Below are positions 62,533 through 64,000 of a stretch of 64,000 nt of DNA, piece by piece. A program made the position numbers and the translations under genes. Position 1 is the stretch's first letter. The number at the start of each line of letters is the position of its first letter. The stretch is from NCBI GenBank assembly GCA_030704615.1, contig CM060732.1:17670001-17734000 (forward strand). The letters run 5' to 3'. The DNA comes from Takakia lepidozioides (lineage: Eukaryota > Plantae > Bryophyta). The notes under the pieces were generated by a model. It was not told the DNA's origin and searched no databases. It saw only the letters and a list, made by a program, of their open reading frames with translations.

Positions 62533-64000
62533 CAATGTCCTCCGTTGTGGCAGTGAGGATGTCCACCAGATGCGCCGCAGAGGAGGCACGCCAGGAAGAA
62601 TGTACTGATTCGGCCATGTTTGTTGTTGGCATGTTGGTGTCGGAGTCCAGACACATTTCCTGCACATGCACATACTGAGATTACAAGCAAGTTACAAAAT
62701 AATGACTAGCATAATATTCAACAGGACGCGAATTCGTCCAACTCACCTCCCTCATATAGTCGCCGAACTGGAGGAAACAATAATGCCACCATGCTAGCCA
62801 ACTGACCATTGCTCCCTTGTCTGATTTCTTTACAGCACCTGACGTTGTCCACCAAGCCTGTATACATGCAAATTGTGTCTCTGCATCATCCAAGGTGGGA
62901 GCACGCTTCCATGCAAGACACATGGAACGGTGCTCCTCTCTGAAATCTGGCGCCACGAGCCTGGTTGTGTACTGCGACAAGCTCTGCAGAAAATGGAACC
63001 CACAAGATCTCTCCTTGCCTTCCATCGGAACACTGGGGTCTTCCCCGTACACCCTTCGGATGGCAGCCCAATTTGCTTGTGCGTTGTCCGCCATGAAATC
63101 ACGGAAATTGGGCGGGGGCAATCCCGCCCTGGCCATCTGTTCGTTTATTCCCTGCCAAAGAAGCATCTCCGATTGTGTGTCCTCTCCTTTCATCTCACAA
63201 ATAGCAATTGTCATTAGCATCCTGCAGTTGATATCGTAGACATGTGCACCCATTGTCACCCACTAATGATTTGTAATTCGCTTGATATGGTCGAACATGA
63301 CCCAACTGTTTGACAAATCCCCACTCGTCATCCGGTGGACCAGTTCCACGCCGCTGCCAGGCCCACATGTAGACATTTTGAATACGAAACAACGATCTGC
63401 CTCAGTCCCTTGTCCTGGAAACCTACTTCCATGAATGTAGTCATATCCACATCGTCGCTTCACCTCTAGAATGGAGTGCATATCCGAGCCTCGCCCAATT
63501 CTCTGTTTGCAGGAGACAATGAGGTTTCGGACATTCGGTGAACAGACGTGGGACACTGACTCCAGCAATGCCTCCATTTCCTTCTCATCGAGAGGAACTC
63601 TGTTGGAGCCATCTTCCGACATAATTCTGGCCAATGCCATCTTATGGGCGGCCTGCAGCTGTATCTGTTTGGGTTTGGCACCAGGTCTCAACTTAACCTC
63701 CTCCTGAATGAGCTGCTCTGCCTCGTGGGCAGCCTCCCGTGAGTTCCCCCTCGCCAATTTGTGACAATGCACACCAATGTGTATGCAAGCTCGTGTGAGG
63801 TCAGGGAAACGGTGCAACACATAGAACTGCTTACATTACAAACAGACATGCAATGTGGTGGTTCTTTGCAATGCGCACACTTAAATGTAGAGTTTGGAAC
63901 CTTTTTCTGAGCTCGAAATGGTTGATGAGCTGTGCCTGTCCAATCCGTCTCGTTCATGTGACCTCTGGATTTAAAGTGGAAGCAAGTTGGGGAGAAACAC
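62533..64000 (-). pseudogene. Mutator-superfamily (MULE) DDE transposase, continues beyond the window; disrupted
   Basis: WVMFDH (D1), FMADNAQAN (D2), SCGFH (CxxH) and PTTNMAES (E); GT-AG intron 62746-62660; stop at 63263, frameshift near 63820, LTR insertion at the 3' side. Confidence 0.8.

Overview
Eukaryotic, intron-containing land-plant DNA. It is probably a bryophyte (moss-like); this is inferred from the PLS/DYW-PPR expansion and the TE types. The window is TE-dense and holds one clearly intact host gene, a 5-exon NAL1-like trypsin-fold protease (13563-17853, minus strand). The rest is mostly decayed material: a Sola2-like DDE transposase with accessory ORFs, Helitrons, a non-autonomous ACG...CGT element with a 10-bp TSD, three insertions of one chromodomain Ty3/gypsy family, a decayed tandem cluster of PLS-DYW PPR genes, a CACTA element, and host gene fragments (Pol I subunit 2, polyubiquitin, a plastid sigma factor exon). 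The most unusual region is 50.6-64 kb. Between two related Mutator-like transposase genes lies a spliced gene that appears to fuse a ParB/Srx-like domain (WDGNHR) to a beta-class amino-DNA-methyltransferase-like domain (DIPD ... VLDLICGTG). About 45 copies of a 22-bp palindrome (GGAAATGCGGnnCCGCATTTCC) surround it: a 53-bp-phased upstream array, a downstream array, and single copies in three of its introns. A divergent pair of paralogous unknown genes follows. A decayed paralog of the ParB-MTase gene lies at about 41.0-41.6 kb. All assignments come from reading motifs by eye; no database searches were run.
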